From assembly GCF_964355755.1 (NCBI RefSeq), contig NC_092671.1, positions 40,124,304 to 40,188,303 of the forward strand: a stretch of 64,000 nt of DNA, in the 5' to 3' direction. Both the position numbers and the translations under genes were made by a program. This DNA is from Antedon mediterranea (lineage: Eukaryota; Animalia; Echinodermata). Positions 1 to 14,272 of this stretch are shown here, piece by piece (within the stretch, counting starts at the first letter, position 1; each line of letters begins with the position of its first letter). The notes under the pieces are model-generated. The model was not told the DNA's origin, ran no database searches, and saw only the letters and a list, made by a program, of their open reading frames with translations.

Positions 1-87
1 CCTAAAGTAATTGCCACAGTCTTTCTCAATCAAGGAAAATGTCCCGAATTTATCCTTGCTTCACTGCGTAAGCAGGCGTTATATCGT

Positions 88-263
88 GGACTCTTCACAC
101 AGATCAGGCTTACGACCGTGACGGTAATATTACCGCAATTTTACTAGGTCCAGAGGCGGTCTAACGGAAGCCGGCATTAAGGGGTTTTTACCCTTTCACA
201 CATAAGCCGGCATTCGCGAATTACCGCAATATTACCGTCTTACAGCTCTGTGTGAAAGGGGCT
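88..263. mobile_element. Degenerate non-autonomous TIR element (MITE), probably PIF/Harbinger-type
   Basis: Imperfect inverted repeats: TTCACACAGA..GACGGTAATATT on the left, AATATTACCGTC..TCTGTGTGAAAGGGGCT on the right. Confidence 0.45.
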
Positions 264-1438
264 TTTGGTTCCTAACCTTAGTTCTTAAGATAATGAGTTT
301 AAACTTCACAAGCAATATTTTCACTAGGAATGTCGTCCGATTTTTGTTTAGAATTTTAAGCGGATGATTTATTTCAATAGAAAGGTGTAATTAAGTCTAA
401 AGAGAAAATAGAAGTATTACTTCCCTATCATGACAACAATTATTATGGTAAAGTGAATGTTTTGTTTGAACAGGAGAATTTTGTTAAATGAACTGTATTT
501 TGAACCATGTGTAAACAGTTCAGCTTCAGTTGTTAAAGTGTTAATAAACAAAACAAAATCTAGTACTTTATACTCTATATAACCTAGCAATAGACCATGA
601 ATAGACTATTCAGCCAAACACATTGATTGAATACCCATCTAAATTTATTGTAAAATGATCTATGTGTTTGTTGACCTGTGGTCTAGACAAGGCAACTAAG
701 AGGAAAGAAAAATAGACCTACTATAATTGTCTATTTTTCTTTCAACAAAAATAACCTACAATTTTAAATTGAATCCAATCAAAAAATTCAGTAGGAACAT
801 TCAGCCTGAAATAATTAGCAACCAATTACTTAAGAACAAACTTATGTACCATGCACCATGTTGATTGACTTGTAGTAGTTATAAGGTATGTCAGACCATA
901 ATTAAGTAATGTACTTTTTTTTCAATATTTTCATAATGATGCATATATACTGTACAAACAATTAGTGGTAGACTTTAAGACTTTTATAACATTGTTTGCT
1001 CCATAAATGTTTATTGCTTTATGAGTGTTCCAATAAAGATATCAACACATTCCATGTTGGTATTTGATTCCAAAATGCCATTATAAATTATTATGTGACT
1101 TATGTCTCGTTTTAATAATTCAGTTGTGATTATCAGATATTTAATTTTTTTTATATTAATGTATATTTAAAAAAAAATTTAATGAACTTATAAATTAAAT
1201 AGATCCATGTAAATATCTACATCAAGGGGACAGTAACGGGCATTGTGTCTCTCTAATCAGTAAATTATACTACTGTACCTTTATTGTAGTATCGAAATGA
1301 CGAAGATAATAGTAGATCAGTACATTTCTTGACATGAGCAATGAGTTTTGGTGTGGTAGAGTAGTTTTCAACAGACATGACCCAGGCCATGAGATTTAAA
1401 AGCGGGTTATTATTTTATTCAAATCACAGTCAGACAGA

Positions 1439-1574
1439 AGCTCTGTTTACACTATCAAACTAGTTTGACAAAAAAAGTGTGATATGCCTAAATATGGTAG
1501 TGATATGTCCATACAGTATATGGGCACATCACATTTTTTTGTCGCATAAAGTTTGATAGTGTAGACAGAGAGCT
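1439..1574. mobile_element. MITE family A copy 1 (TIR AGCTCTGTCTACACTATCAAAC)
   Basis: Terminal inverted repeats of about 22 bp; internal GCCCAAATATGGTAGTGATAT-like core shared with 11 other copies in the window. Confidence 0.85.
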
Positions 1575-2689
1575 TTAGTTGTGGTAGAGTTGTTTTCCAG
1601 GCCCCTGATTATTTTTAGAATTATTTTGGTTAGCCTATTCTGTTATTCAAATGTAAGTTACGTGTTATACATTAGGTTACTGCTTCCGCTCATTGTCTTA
1701 AAAACGCAAATTCAACGACGTGTCTAATTCGCAAGTCCCATGTTGACGACAATTAATCATGTTGGTTTACATTTTCTAAATACACTCATTTTAATATATG
1801 GTAATTCTTTCAACCAAATTATCCCATTTTAAATGGATATTTTATCTGTACGGTTAGTGTGAACATGAATGTTAAGAATATGAACATTTTGCGAGAGTTT
1901 GTTTGCCATCTTGTAAGACGAGTCGCAGTCATTAGTACAGTCCTGTTTATTTTTTATTTATATGTAATTTTACTTTCTATGGACCAGAGATTCCGAAATA
2001 AAAGATTGAATGAATAAATGATTGAATGAATGAATATGATAATTTGACTTATTATAAATAAGTATATTTCATTCTTTCGTGTATTTACCATTATGTCCAA
2101 TTATTGATTTTTTTAAAATAACAATTGATTTTAATAAGATTTAAACAAAGATCCCTCAGTCATGGTACGGTGTATTATTTTTTTTAGTAAAAAGACGTAT
2201 ACATTTATATTCATTCCTCAGTCCTGTAGTAGATCACGCACGTATAAAGTATATATGGTTATTACATAAATATATCCATCATAATTGCATTATAGGTCAA
2301 AGTAGTACAGTATGCGATGATTACAATATGGTGATATATTTAATATTCCGATCGGCAGAAATAAAAACTCTCGCAATTAATATTACTTCAGTTTAGAGGC
2401 GGATGTTCTGAAATCATTGATTTTATTATTATGAAACTGGGTTACCTCTGTACTGAATTATGAGTAATGCTTTTTAGTGATTATTTTGCATTTCATTCGA
2501 TCATTGACATTCAATGTGTAATACATAATTGCCAAAAGATGCAACTTAAGTCAGATTTGTTTCATTTTATATCATCTGTATATGTATTCAATAATAAGGT
2601 TTACTTTGCGGCATTCTTAGAAGAGAAGGCTCAAATGTGTGACTAATAAAGAGGATTTAGGCGGCTAGGCCTATAATCATACCGGTATC

Positions 2690-3055
2690 ATTTTTTGTCA
2701 TCGTCATAATTTAACATCATGATTTAAACGTCGTTATAACCAACATAATATCTTATAACTTTGTGACCACGTCATAATCTATGACAGACATCGTCATAAT
2801 CTAGCTGACAACATACATCGTCATAATCTAACAAGTGCCATTGGCAGACATCGTCATGATCTTACGTCGTTATGCGACATCATCTCATGATTTAGCAACA
2901 GTACAGTATTGCCAAAATCGTCATAATCAACCAAGGCCCACATCGTCATAATCCTAACATCAGTGCAGTGACCGACATCATCATAATCTTAGCTTTATTG
3001 TGACCAATATCGTCATTATCTAACATCATTATAATGAGCGACATCGTAGTCATGC
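2690..3055 (+). repeat. Degenerate tandem repeat with core CATCGTCATAATCT
   Basis: Core motif recurs about 10 times at roughly 25-40 bp spacing with divergent linkers. Confidence 0.7.
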
Positions 3056-3442
3056 TTTAATAAAAACCCGTTTTGCCATTCGTTGTTCTTAAGACACGTA
3101 TTATTTATAACCTAATTTCACAATACATATAGTAATTACATATTTGTTGTGACCTGTGTTGACCTCATTGGAAACAGTTCAATATCTCATGATGTTTGCT
3201 TATTCACACCTTCGCATTACAACATGCTCTATATACAGAATGTGCATACATAATGAATAACATTAATGTAGTCATGTGTAAAGATACTTCCCGTTGACCG
3301 ACATCGCTTTATCAATACTAATCGATATCAATAATTTATTGATTAACATAATGAATTATTGATTGATATTAGTGAAGATGCTCACACCATGTAACTGGTA
3401 ATTTTCCAAATGCTATTTTTTCACAAAACATTTTTTCCCGGA

Positions 3443-3541
3443 TTTTTAGTCGCGTGCAAATGCGATTCTACAGCTTACTATGTTGGTTGGTCACTAACTC
3501 AAATTTGAGCACGCGACTGCAGCCATGCATATAGCCTTGTT
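3443..3541 (+). mobile_element. Short DINE-1/HINE-like (Helentron-associated) non-autonomous element
   Basis: T-run followed by subterminal IR AGTCGCGTGC...GCACGCGACT, a GTTG/GGTC microsatellite remnant, a 3' GCC..GCCTTGTT end and T-rich flanks. Confidence 0.55.
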
Positions 3542-4280
3542 GTATTCAAGACTCAGGACCACAATCCAAAACAGGTTTTCGTTTACCTGATCTTGTATAA
3601 AGATGTTTTTAAATAAATAAATGCTTCAGAGTGTACTTTTCTCTTTGATTCGATCCAGTCACTTTCCGAACCAAAGTGAACTCAACCATCCGATGAAAAA
3701 ATATTTTCTATATTGATTATAATTTTTTTAAATAATAATAAGACAAATTATAATCAATATAGAATCGGAATTGGGATCTTTTTAATCGGTTGCTTCTTCT
3801 CTGAGGAATTATTTCTCAGAAAAGCAGCGCCTGATGATACAGTATATTTATTTTTCGAAGATTTCAAATTACAGTTTATTTCAGACTTGCCAAATTTGCC
3901 AATTATTACTGGATATAAGGTTAACGTGCAGTAATGAAAAGTATTACTTTTTTTTAAAGCAGTGATAGAACATTAAAGGTCACGTAACCATATATTTCTC
4001 ATATATAATGTGTGTAGTCCATTATATAAATCCCTATTAACATTTAGATTGTGTATTATGTAATCTTACCATGTTGCTATCAAAGGCCTTCGTCGTTAGT
4101 AAGGCTTACAATTAGTGACAGTCAAGCATTTTTGTATTCATAATCACAAGATCACTAATCTGTAGCAACTATTAGTGTAATGAATTGAAGTGCGTTCATA
4201 TTCTAGATCATAGCTTTCGGTGTAATCAGTAGGATTACGTAAGATAAAGCAGCAGAATGTCAGTATATGTTATAGTACTT

Positions 4281-7200
4281 AAGTACTGTAACATTGTCTG
4301 GTACATATACAGCACACATACTATACTATGAAGTACTGTAACATTGTCTCGTACATACAGCACACATACTATACTATGAAGTACTGTAACATTGTCTGGT
4401 ACATACAACACACATACTATACTATGAAGTACTGTAACATTGTCTGGTACATACAGCACACATACTATACTAAGTACTGTAACATTGTCTGGTACATACA
4501 ACACACATACTATACTATGAAGTACTGTAACAGTGTCTGGTACATACAGCACACATACTATACTATGAAGTACTGTAACAGTGTCTGGTATATATACAGC
4601 ACACATACTATACTATGAAGTACTGTAACAGTGTCTGGTACATACAACACACATACTATACTATGAAGTACTGTAACAGTGTCTGGTACATACAGCACAC
4701 ATACTATACTATGAAGTACTGTAACAGTGTCTGGTATATATACAGCACACATACTATACTATGAAGTACTGTAACAGTGTCTCGTACATACAGCACACAT
4801 ACTATACTATGAAGTACTGTAACATTGTCTCGTACATACAACACACATACTATACTAAGTACTGTAACAGTGTCTGGTACATACAGCACACATACTATAC
4901 TAAGTACTGTAACATTGTCTGGTACATACAGCACACATACTATACTATGAAGTACTGTAACATTGTCTCGTACATACAACACACATACTATACTATGAAG
5001 TACTGTAACATTGTCTCGTACATACAACACACATACTATACTATGAAGTACTGTAACAGTGTCTCGTACATACAGCACACATACTATACTATGAAGTACT
5101 GTAACAGTGTCTCGTACATACAGCACACATACTATACTATGAAGTACTGTAACATTGTCTCGTACATACAACACACATACTATACTAAGTACTGTAACAG
5201 TGTCTGGTACATACAACACACATACTATACTAAGTACTGTAACATTGTCTGGTATATACAGCACACATACTATACTATGAAGTACTGTAACATTGTCTCG
5301 TACATACAACACACATACTATACTAAGTACTGTAACATTGTCTGGTACATACAACACACATACTATACTATGAAGTACTGTAACATTGTCTGGTACATAC
5401 AGCACACATACTATACTATGAAGTACTGTAACAGTGTCTGGTACATACAACACACATACTATACTAAGTACTGTAACATTGTCTGGTACATACAGCACAC
5501 ATACTATACTAAGTACTGTAACATTGTCTGGTACATACAACACACATACTATACTATGAAGTACTGTAACATTGTCTGGTACATACAACACACATACTAT
5601 ACTAAGTACTGTAACATTGTCTGGTATATATACAGCACACATACTATACTATGAAGTACTGTAACATTGTCTCGTACATACAGCACACATACTATACTAT
5701 GAAGTACTGTAACATTGTCTCGTACATACAACACACATACTATACTAAGTACTGTAACATTGTCTGGTATATATACAGCACACATACTATACTATGAAGT
5801 ACTGTAACATTGTCTCGTACATACAGCACACATACTATACTATGAAGTACTGTAACATTGTCTGGTACATACAGCACACATACTATACTATGAAGTACTG
5901 TAACAGTGTCTCGTACATACAACACACATACTATACTAAGTACTGTAACATTGTCTGGTACATACAGCACACATACTATACTATGAAGTACTGTAACATT
6001 GTCTGGTACATACAACACACATACTATACTAAGTACTGTAACATTGTCTGGTATATACAGCACACATACTATACTATGAAGTACTGTAACATTGTCTGGT
6101 ACATACAACACACATACTATACTAAGTACTGTAACATTGTCTGGTACATACAGCACACATACTATACTAAGTACTGTAACATTGTCTGGTACATACAGCA
6201 CACATACTATACTAAGTACTGTAACATTGTCTGGTACATACAACACACATACTATACTAAGTACTGTAACATTGTCTGGTACATACAGCACACATACTAT
6301 ACTATGAAGTACTGTAACATTGTCTCGTACATACAGCACACATACTATACTATGAAGTACTGTAACATTGTCTGGTAAATACAGCACACATACTATACTA
6401 TGAAGTACTGTAACATTGTCTGGTACATACAGCACACATACTATACTAAGTACTGTAACAGTGTCTGGTACATACAGCACACATACTATACTAAGTACTG
6501 TAACATTGTCTGGTACATACAACACACATACTATACTAAGTACTGTAACATTGTCTGGTACATACAGCACACATACTATACTAAGTACTGTAACATTGTC
6601 TGGTACATACAACACACATACTATACTATGAAGTACTGTAACATTGTCTGGTACATACAACACACATACTATACTAAGTACTGTAACATTGTCTGGTACA
6701 TACAGCACACATACTATACTATGAAGTACTGTAACAGTGTCTCGTACATACAACACACATACTATACTATGAAGTACTGTAACATTGTCTGGTACATACA
6801 ACACACATACTATACTAAGTACTGTAACATTGTCTGGTACATACAGCACATATACTATACTATGAAGTACTGTAACATTGTCTGGTACATACAGCACACA
6901 TACTATACTATGAAGTACTGTAACATTGTCTGGTACATACAACACACATACTATACTAAGTACTGTAACATTGTCTGGTACATACAACACACATACTATA
7001 CTAAGTACTGTAACAGTGTCTCGTACATACAGCACACATACTATACTATGAAGTACTGTAACATTGTCTGGTACATACAGCACACATACTATACTATGAA
7101 GTACTGTAACATTGTCTGGTACATACAGCACACATACTATACTATGAAGTACTGTAACATTGTCTGATACATACAGCACACATACTATACTATGAAGTAC

Positions 7201-9362
7201 TGTAACATTGTCTGGTACATACAGCACACATACTATACTATGAAGTACTGTAACAGTGTCTCGTACATACAGCACACATACTATACTATGAAGTACTGTA
7301 ACATTGTCTGGTACATACAGCACACATACTATACTATGAAGTACTGTAACATTGTCTGGTACATACAACACACATACTATACTAAGTACTGTAACATTGT
7401 CTGGTACATACAACACACATACTATACTAAGTACTGTAACATTGTCTGGTACATACAGCACACATACTATACTATGAAGTACTGTAACATTGTCTGGTAC
7501 ATACAGCACACATACTATACTATGAAGTACTGTAACAGTGTCTCGTACATACAGCACACATACTATACTATGAAGTACTGTAACATTGTCTGGTACATAC
7601 AACACACATACTATACTAAGTACTGTAACATTGTCTGGTACATACAGCACACATACTATACTAAGTACTGTAACATTGTCTGGTACATACAACACACATA
7701 CTATACTATGAAGTACTGTAACAGTGTCTCGTACATACAACACACATACTATACTAAGTACTGTAACATTGTCTGGTACATACAGCACACATACTATACT
7801 AAGTACTGTAACATTGTCTGGTACATACAGCACACATACTATATTATATAACACCTATATAAATTCCTGTCATTTGATTGGACGAATGTGGGTCACATGG
7901 CGTGCAATAGTACGCACTATTCAACGATCGTTAAATAGTACTTTTTGAAACATTTTTGTGTACGAAAAAAAAACGTCTAGATGTTATATAAAACAAATAA
8001 TGAATGTTTTGTATTCGTGTAATGGTACAAATAATGGCACTTGGTGAATGATGAAAGTTTATATCAACTCGGCTTTGCCTCGTTGATATAACCTTTCATC
8101 ATTCACCTCGTGCCATTATTTGTACCATTGCACTCATAAACATTCATTATTTGTATACTATGAAGTACTGTAACAGTGTCTGGTACATACAGCACACATA
8201 CTATACTATGAAGTACTGTAACATTGTCTGGTACATACAACACACATACTATACTATGAAGTACTGTAACAGTGTCTCGTACATACAGCACACATACTAT
8301 ACTATGAAGTACTGTAACAGTGTCTCGTACATACAGCACACATACTATACTAAGTACTGTAACATTGTCTGGTACATACAGCACACATACTATACTAAGT
8401 ACTGTAACATTGTCTGGTACATACAGCACACATACTATACTAAGTACTGTAACATTGTCTGGTACATACAACACACATACTATACTATGAAGTACTGTAA
8501 CAGTGTCTGGTACATACAACACACATACTATACTATGAAGTACTGTAACAGTGTCTCGTACATACAGCACACATACTATACTATGAAGTACTGTAACAGT
8601 GTCTGGTACATACAGCACACATACTATACTATGAAGTACTGTAACATTGTCTGGTACATACAGCACACATACTATACTAAGTACTGTAACATTGTCTGGT
8701 ATATACAGCACACATACTATACTATGAAGTACTGTAACATTGTCTGGTACATACAGCACACATACTATACTAAGTACTGTAACAGTGTCTGGTACATACA
8801 GCACACATACTATACTAAGTACTGTAACAGTGTCTGGTATACATACAGCACACATACTATACTATGAAGTACTGTAACATTGTCTCGTACATACAACACA
8901 CATACTATACTAAGTACTGTAACAGTGTCTCGTACATACAGCACACATACTATACTAAGTACTGTAACATTGTCTGGTACATACAGCACACATACTATAC
9001 TAAGTACTGTAACATTGTCTGGTACATACAGCACACATACTATACTAAGTACTGTAACAGTGTCTGGTACATACAGCACACATACTATACTAAGTACTGT
9101 AACAGTGTCTGGTATACATACAGCACACATACTATACTATGAAGTACTGTAACATTGTCTGGTACATACAGCACACATACTATACTATGAAGTACTGTAA
9201 CATTGTCTGGTACATACAGCACACATACTATACTAAGTACTGTAACATTGTCTGGTACATACAGCACACATACTATACTAAGTACTGTAACAGTGTCTCG
9301 TACATACAACACACATACTATACTATGAAGTATACTGTATGTAACATTGTCTGGTCCAACAC
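4281..9362. repeat. Minisatellite, 45/48-bp unit AAGTACTGTAACA(T/G)TGTCT(G/C)GTACATACA(G/A)CACACATACTATACT(ATG), about 100 copies
   Basis: Directly visible tandem array; occasional units with 2 extra bases shift the frame; interrupted at 7844-8153. Confidence 0.98.
7844..8153. mobile_element. 310-bp non-autonomous element with a long 3' hairpin, inserted in the minisatellite (Crypton-like architecture, tentative)
   Basis: Interrupts one unit with TATA on both sides (7840-7843, 8154-8157); inverted arms of about 75 bp spanning 7993-8154 around loop TCGGCTTTGCCTC. Confidence 0.75.
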
Positions 9363-10811
9363 ATATATCTTACAAAAACCTTAAAAACCTGCACACTCAG
9401 GAAAAAAAAGAAGGCTATTGGGATTATATTCAGAGCACCTCCACTTTCTCACTCATCAATGTTTTTCTTGGATCTTCACCTTATCAAATTTAACGATATT
9501 AATAAACATTAATGTTTTGTCCACTCTTCCATTAACCAAATCCTGCCTAATCATCTCTGTCATCTTTTTACCTTCAATTCCTCTTCTATCGTTCGTTAAT
9601 TCATACATTTATTCATTATATAAATCCCTCCATTCAGAGCACCTCACCTGTCCTCCACTCATGATGATTCATAATCATTCATTATCAATCATGATCATTC
9701 GCATCCTGATATCATTCATTCAGTATCAATCACGGTGTGTCGATGAAAGCTCTCTTCTTCGCGGAACGTGCGGCTCATCGACGAACAATCGCGACCGTTC
9801 TTTTCTATTATTCTCTCCTCCTCAGCTCCAGCAAAGGCTAAATTATTTGTCTTATCTAGGGTTATAAGCCAAAGGCATTCATATACGCCTACTATAAAGC
9901 GTTCATTTATAATTTAGCGTACCCCGCATAATACATCATCATTACTTTTTTCTTCTGAGAATTGAATTAAACGTGAAATTAACTTCACGTTATTGATAAT
10001 ATTATGGTGATCATTAAGTATTTCAATGTACGTACTCAAATTACACTTTTGGAAATGCCATGTACAAAATGTATAATAGATGATTATGTTGATTTAAATT
10101 AAAATCTGAATTGTTTATGGATGTGTTTTTCACACTCCCCCGATTACGTATTTAAAAACTAATTACTGGGCCTGATCGCATCGACCTACGCAGTTTCCAT
10201 AACTGCGTACAAAAACCATTTATAGATGTCAAAATCAGCGGATTAAACCCAAGTTACGCGTAATTATCCTGAATAAAGTTATTTTATAATTAAATTATTA
10301 ATAGTAAGCAAATCGTACTAATATATATGAGCTCGCGCGCGTGAACAATTAGCATGAATAATTGAGAGTTTATGATTCTTTTCATTTTAGTATGATTTAT
10401 TCTCCGTGGATCGACTTCACAATCGTCTGAGATGTGACTCCACGTGTTAGTATATTACGTGATATTAGATTTAATAAACGTTACATGTTTCTTGCCGATC
10501 GTGTATCTGGTGTACCTAAGTGCGTTCTAATCCTATAAGACGCATCAAACAAGTTGTAGATTAAGATCATGCTTAGCTACACGTTGACCAACAGTAACCC
10601 CAATTGTTGTGTGATAGACTGTTAGTGTTCATATTTCGTTCGTTTCTGATTTTTCAAATCTTCCGTAATATAATTGAATTTTTATCAACCCTTGATTACA
10701 TTCTGAATGTGTATGTTCTTATTACTGTTTTTGTTTATATATATATGCTTTAAAAACATAGCATCCATATTCTTTAGTATAGTATTGTTATACATATACC
10801 ATACTTACTTA

Positions 10812-10990
10812 AGCGTGGTTCCCACTAGCGACGCAACACAAGGACGTAACGCAACGCAAGTGAATTGATCAATCACACGCGATGGCTTATTCGCTTGTGA
10901 TTGCTAACCGTCTATAACTTCGCTTGTCATTGGTTAACACGCTTGCGTTGCGTTTACGTCCTTGCGTTACGTTCTAGTGGGCACCAAGCT
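10812..10990. mobile_element. MITE family B, PIF/Harbinger-type
   Basis: Long imperfect TIRs AGCGTGGTTCCCACTAG..CAAGGACGTAACGCAACGCAAG / CTTGCGTTGCGTTTACGTCCTTG..CTAGTGGGCACCAAGCT, with TTA on both flanks. Confidence 0.85.
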
Positions 10991-11892
10991 TTAATGACAG
11001 TATAACGTGCGCGTCGAGTGTAGTATTTTAACTCTATTTAATACTCGACCGCCGTACATTGATCTGATCAGATGATCAGGGAGGTATAAAAATAAGATAC
11101 CTCCATGATCTGACATTAATACCTAATTTCTTTATTGTCCTTTTATGTTTTCTAAGCGTAGTTTATACATTGTCATTTCAACGCCATCGCCATTTTACAT
11201 TCTTCTTTCTCACATAAGGCATATCCGTAATATTTCTAATAAGATATTTACTATAGGCCTAGCTGTCTATAAACAAATTTATTGAATATTGTATTTTGTT
11301 ATTAAATTGTAGTTGAATATTGTATTTTGTTGGCTTTGTGAATAGAAGGTAACCTAATAACCAATATCGTAGCTAGTTTAAACAAAATATTGCATAATAT
11401 TTCCCCCGCACGCACCATGATGCAAGTAAACCATTACGTGAGTCGGTGTCTGTTAACGAGTCTACTAAACGCGGAAAGTAACTTTTAATTAACTTGGAAT
11501 TTATATCTTTAATTTGTCATTACTCTATAATAATTTATCCTGCTGGTTGTGTAGACTACTTGCATTTTAATTTAAGATCGTAAATCTATTTTTAATCATC
11601 GTCGTTTCTTAATTTAAATTACATTAGGAAATATTCGTTTCATTTTCGTCACAAAATGCGTTCACCTGACTACTGACGCGTTCGCGTAGGAATAGACAAA
11701 CTTATCGGTTTGCAACATTCAACGACGATCTAAAATTTACTTGTCTATTGTGACTGCCAATGATTGATTTATTTTGATATTTAAAAAAATATGTAAATAA
11801 ACCTAAGTACGGCGCCTGTTACAGGGTACAAAACAAAGTTTTCATGTAATGGTATAATATTGAACGTTACGTGATATTAATAACCATAACAT

Positions 11893-11996
11893 AGGTCTGT
11901 CTATACACTATCAAACCATGGAGGTATAACCTTATGGATAACAAATTTGGGCACATCACACTTTTTTTTGTGTTATTTGATAATGTAGACAGAGCT
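11893..11996. mobile_element. MITE family A copy 2 (degenerate)
   Basis: TCTGTCTATACACTATCAAAC ... TTTGATAATGTAGACAGAGCT followed by TTA. Confidence 0.75.
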
Positions 11997-12454
11997 TTAT
12001 GGTATAATATCCATACGTCGTTAACATGGTAATAGCCACAATTAGATTTAATACGAATTCCGTGTTGATTGAGGTGATGTATCGCAAAGGAGGATGTGCA
12101 TAGCTTTTTAACGTGTTTACTTCATCAGTTTAACTAAAAACGTTTTAACCAGAGCAAGTCTCTTGGGCTCTCAGACAGGAAATGGTTCGATTAATTATCA
12201 CGATATTTGACGTCGGCGGTGCGTATCGGTTTGTGCATTCTACGATAATTAATGTATTTGGTCGATTGAACTTATAATAAGCAGTTATACTGAACAAAAT
12301 AGCTGTAATCTTAAGCATATGATGAAACTTTAAAGAGCATTGAACTGCTTATGTGCGACACATTTCATAAAAGATCTTTGGATGCCGCGTTTAATCGTGC
12401 TCCTTCATCACGTGATCATTTTATTTTTAATTTTTATTACACCTTATTTATAAA

Positions 12455-12538
12455 GGGTGACCCTAAACAGCGAAATGCTGATCAAGGGGCACCCTTGATG
12501 AGTGACAGTGGCTGTGTGTAAACTAGTAGACCGGGGTA
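12455..12538 (-). mobile_element. Fragment of a Deu/Nin-domain SINE
   Basis: CAGTGGCTGTG..ACTAGTAGACCGGGGT matches the copy at 26770-26955. Confidence 0.5.
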
Positions 12539-12988
12539 TGAATGTTGTTTAACAGCAAACAAGTACACGATTGCATGTATGAACTCATATCATCGTGTAA
12601 TTACACATTAAGAGAATGTGTCATCAGTTCGTGACTGATCTGTAGTAATGATGTTGATCTTAAAAACGTAGACGACTTTCTTGGATAATATGCGGATGTC
12701 TTATCGTACGTCATGAGCGGGACGTTTGAGTGGGTGAAAACTAGTGTGCAATCTTTTTACTTGCTAAGTATACCGTATAGTAGGCCTATTAAGCATAGGT
12801 GCCAAAGAGCTTTCCGATCTTGGGTTTCTTAATGTCAGCCTCAGAAATAAGTTTTTAAGATTAAATTATGTTCACAAAATTCGTTATAACTTTAATACGC
12901 CTTCTTTCCTTAAGGATAACTTTTTGTTAATTTCTGATCATCATAACCATTTCACCAGAGGTACAACATTTAATTTTGTCACTCCTAA

Positions 12989-13130
12989 GGCTCTCTGTCT
13001 ACACTATCAAACTAGTTGATGATCAAACTGTGACGTGCCAAAATATATTCGTGATATGACATCATCATGTCCATATATGGGCACATCACAATTTTTTGTC
13101 ACATAAAAAGTTTATAGTGTAGACAGAGCT
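12989..13130. mobile_element. MITE family A copy 3
   Basis: Both TIRs and the internal core are present. Confidence 0.85.
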
Positions 13131-14132
13131 TTACAGACAACAATGTTACAATAACACGAATACATTCATAACACAGACCTTAACTAAGCTGTCAATAGAC
13201 TCGTACTAATCATAAGGTTCTTATAAACATAATGACTAATATTGTTCTATATTCTGTTAATTAAATGGCAGCCTGTCACAGCTAGACATGATTGCATCGT
13301 CAACATTAACATCGTATTGTTCATTAACACAAGACTGATATAAACTCTCTCACTGATTTTCTGTTAGTATTATTGCAGTCGACTAATTTAGCTTGAAATT
13401 TCATTTATGGTTTACAGCCGTGAAATATTATACGTTTAAAAATAGATGAATAGCGCTCTAACCAAGCAGGCGAGTATTTTAATCGTCAGTGAGATAATAA
13501 TAACGTAGAGGTTAGCCTAACTGGATTTTTATTAATTAATTTTTTTCTCGTCATTTATTTTATATTTATATTATATTTTATTTATGTTAAAGGAAAGTCT
13601 TTAAACAGTGATTGGGTTCGCTTGTGACAATCCTGGCTTTTTGTTTCATTATATATTTTTATGTATTCTATTGTAATTGTAATGAGCCGATATTGAATAA
13701 ATCAAATCAAAACTGTGTATACGGTAGGCCTATACTAAATCATGAAGTCGTCAATGTACCGGGAACCAGAGCACATCTGAATGGTGGAATGGTGGTGACG
13801 TATTTTGTATTTTATTTTCGGAACTGGGTTAGTTTTTCTTTTATTAGAAATAAATAATCCTGAGTTTTCGAATGTATCTATGTAATCCATCAAGAACAAA
13901 CATTAATGCTCTCATATCCAATGTTAAGAACACATTAATACAGCGAATACCTGACTGAACCTACTTTTTAGTTTGATATGATGATTCGTCTTTTTCAACA
14001 CTCATAATACAAGGTTGTCTTTCTTGATTATGTCGTCATTTATCATCAACCGCGCGCGCATCATCAGCATTTTTATAGGGCGTATTATTACTGATAAATG
14101 AAAATTGAACAAACAAAAATAAATAATTCTTA

Positions 14133-14272
14133 AGCTCTTTCTACACTATATAAAACTTTTTGTGACAAATGTAAAGTGCCCGTATATAGATATGATGATG
14201 TCATATCACTACCATATTTGGGCATATCACTATATTTGGGCACATCACACTAGTTTGATAGTAGAGATAGCT
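14133..14272. mobile_element. MITE family A copy 4
   Basis: TIRs with TTA on both flanks; lies between diverged direct repeats 13996-14121 and 14283-14402. Confidence 0.8.

Noticed and set aside
2690-3055. CRISPR-like repeat-spacer pattern
   Set aside because: The conserved core is only about 14 bp and the linkers are short and related to each other, so it is a decayed minisatellite.
4281-9362. CRISPR array
   Set aside because: Units are contiguous near-identical repeats with no unique spacers, no cas genes are present, and the context is eukaryotic.
4235-9384. Long ORFs on both strands (up to 704 aa) as protein-coding genes
   Set aside because: They arise from a stop-free 45/48-bp tandem unit, are broken by +2 units and a transposon insertion, and have no unique flanking coding sequence.
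9418-9867. 149-aa hydrophobic ORF
   Set aside because: TTG start, low-complexity TC/ATC-rich composition, no recognisable domain or splice support; probably a repeat remnant.
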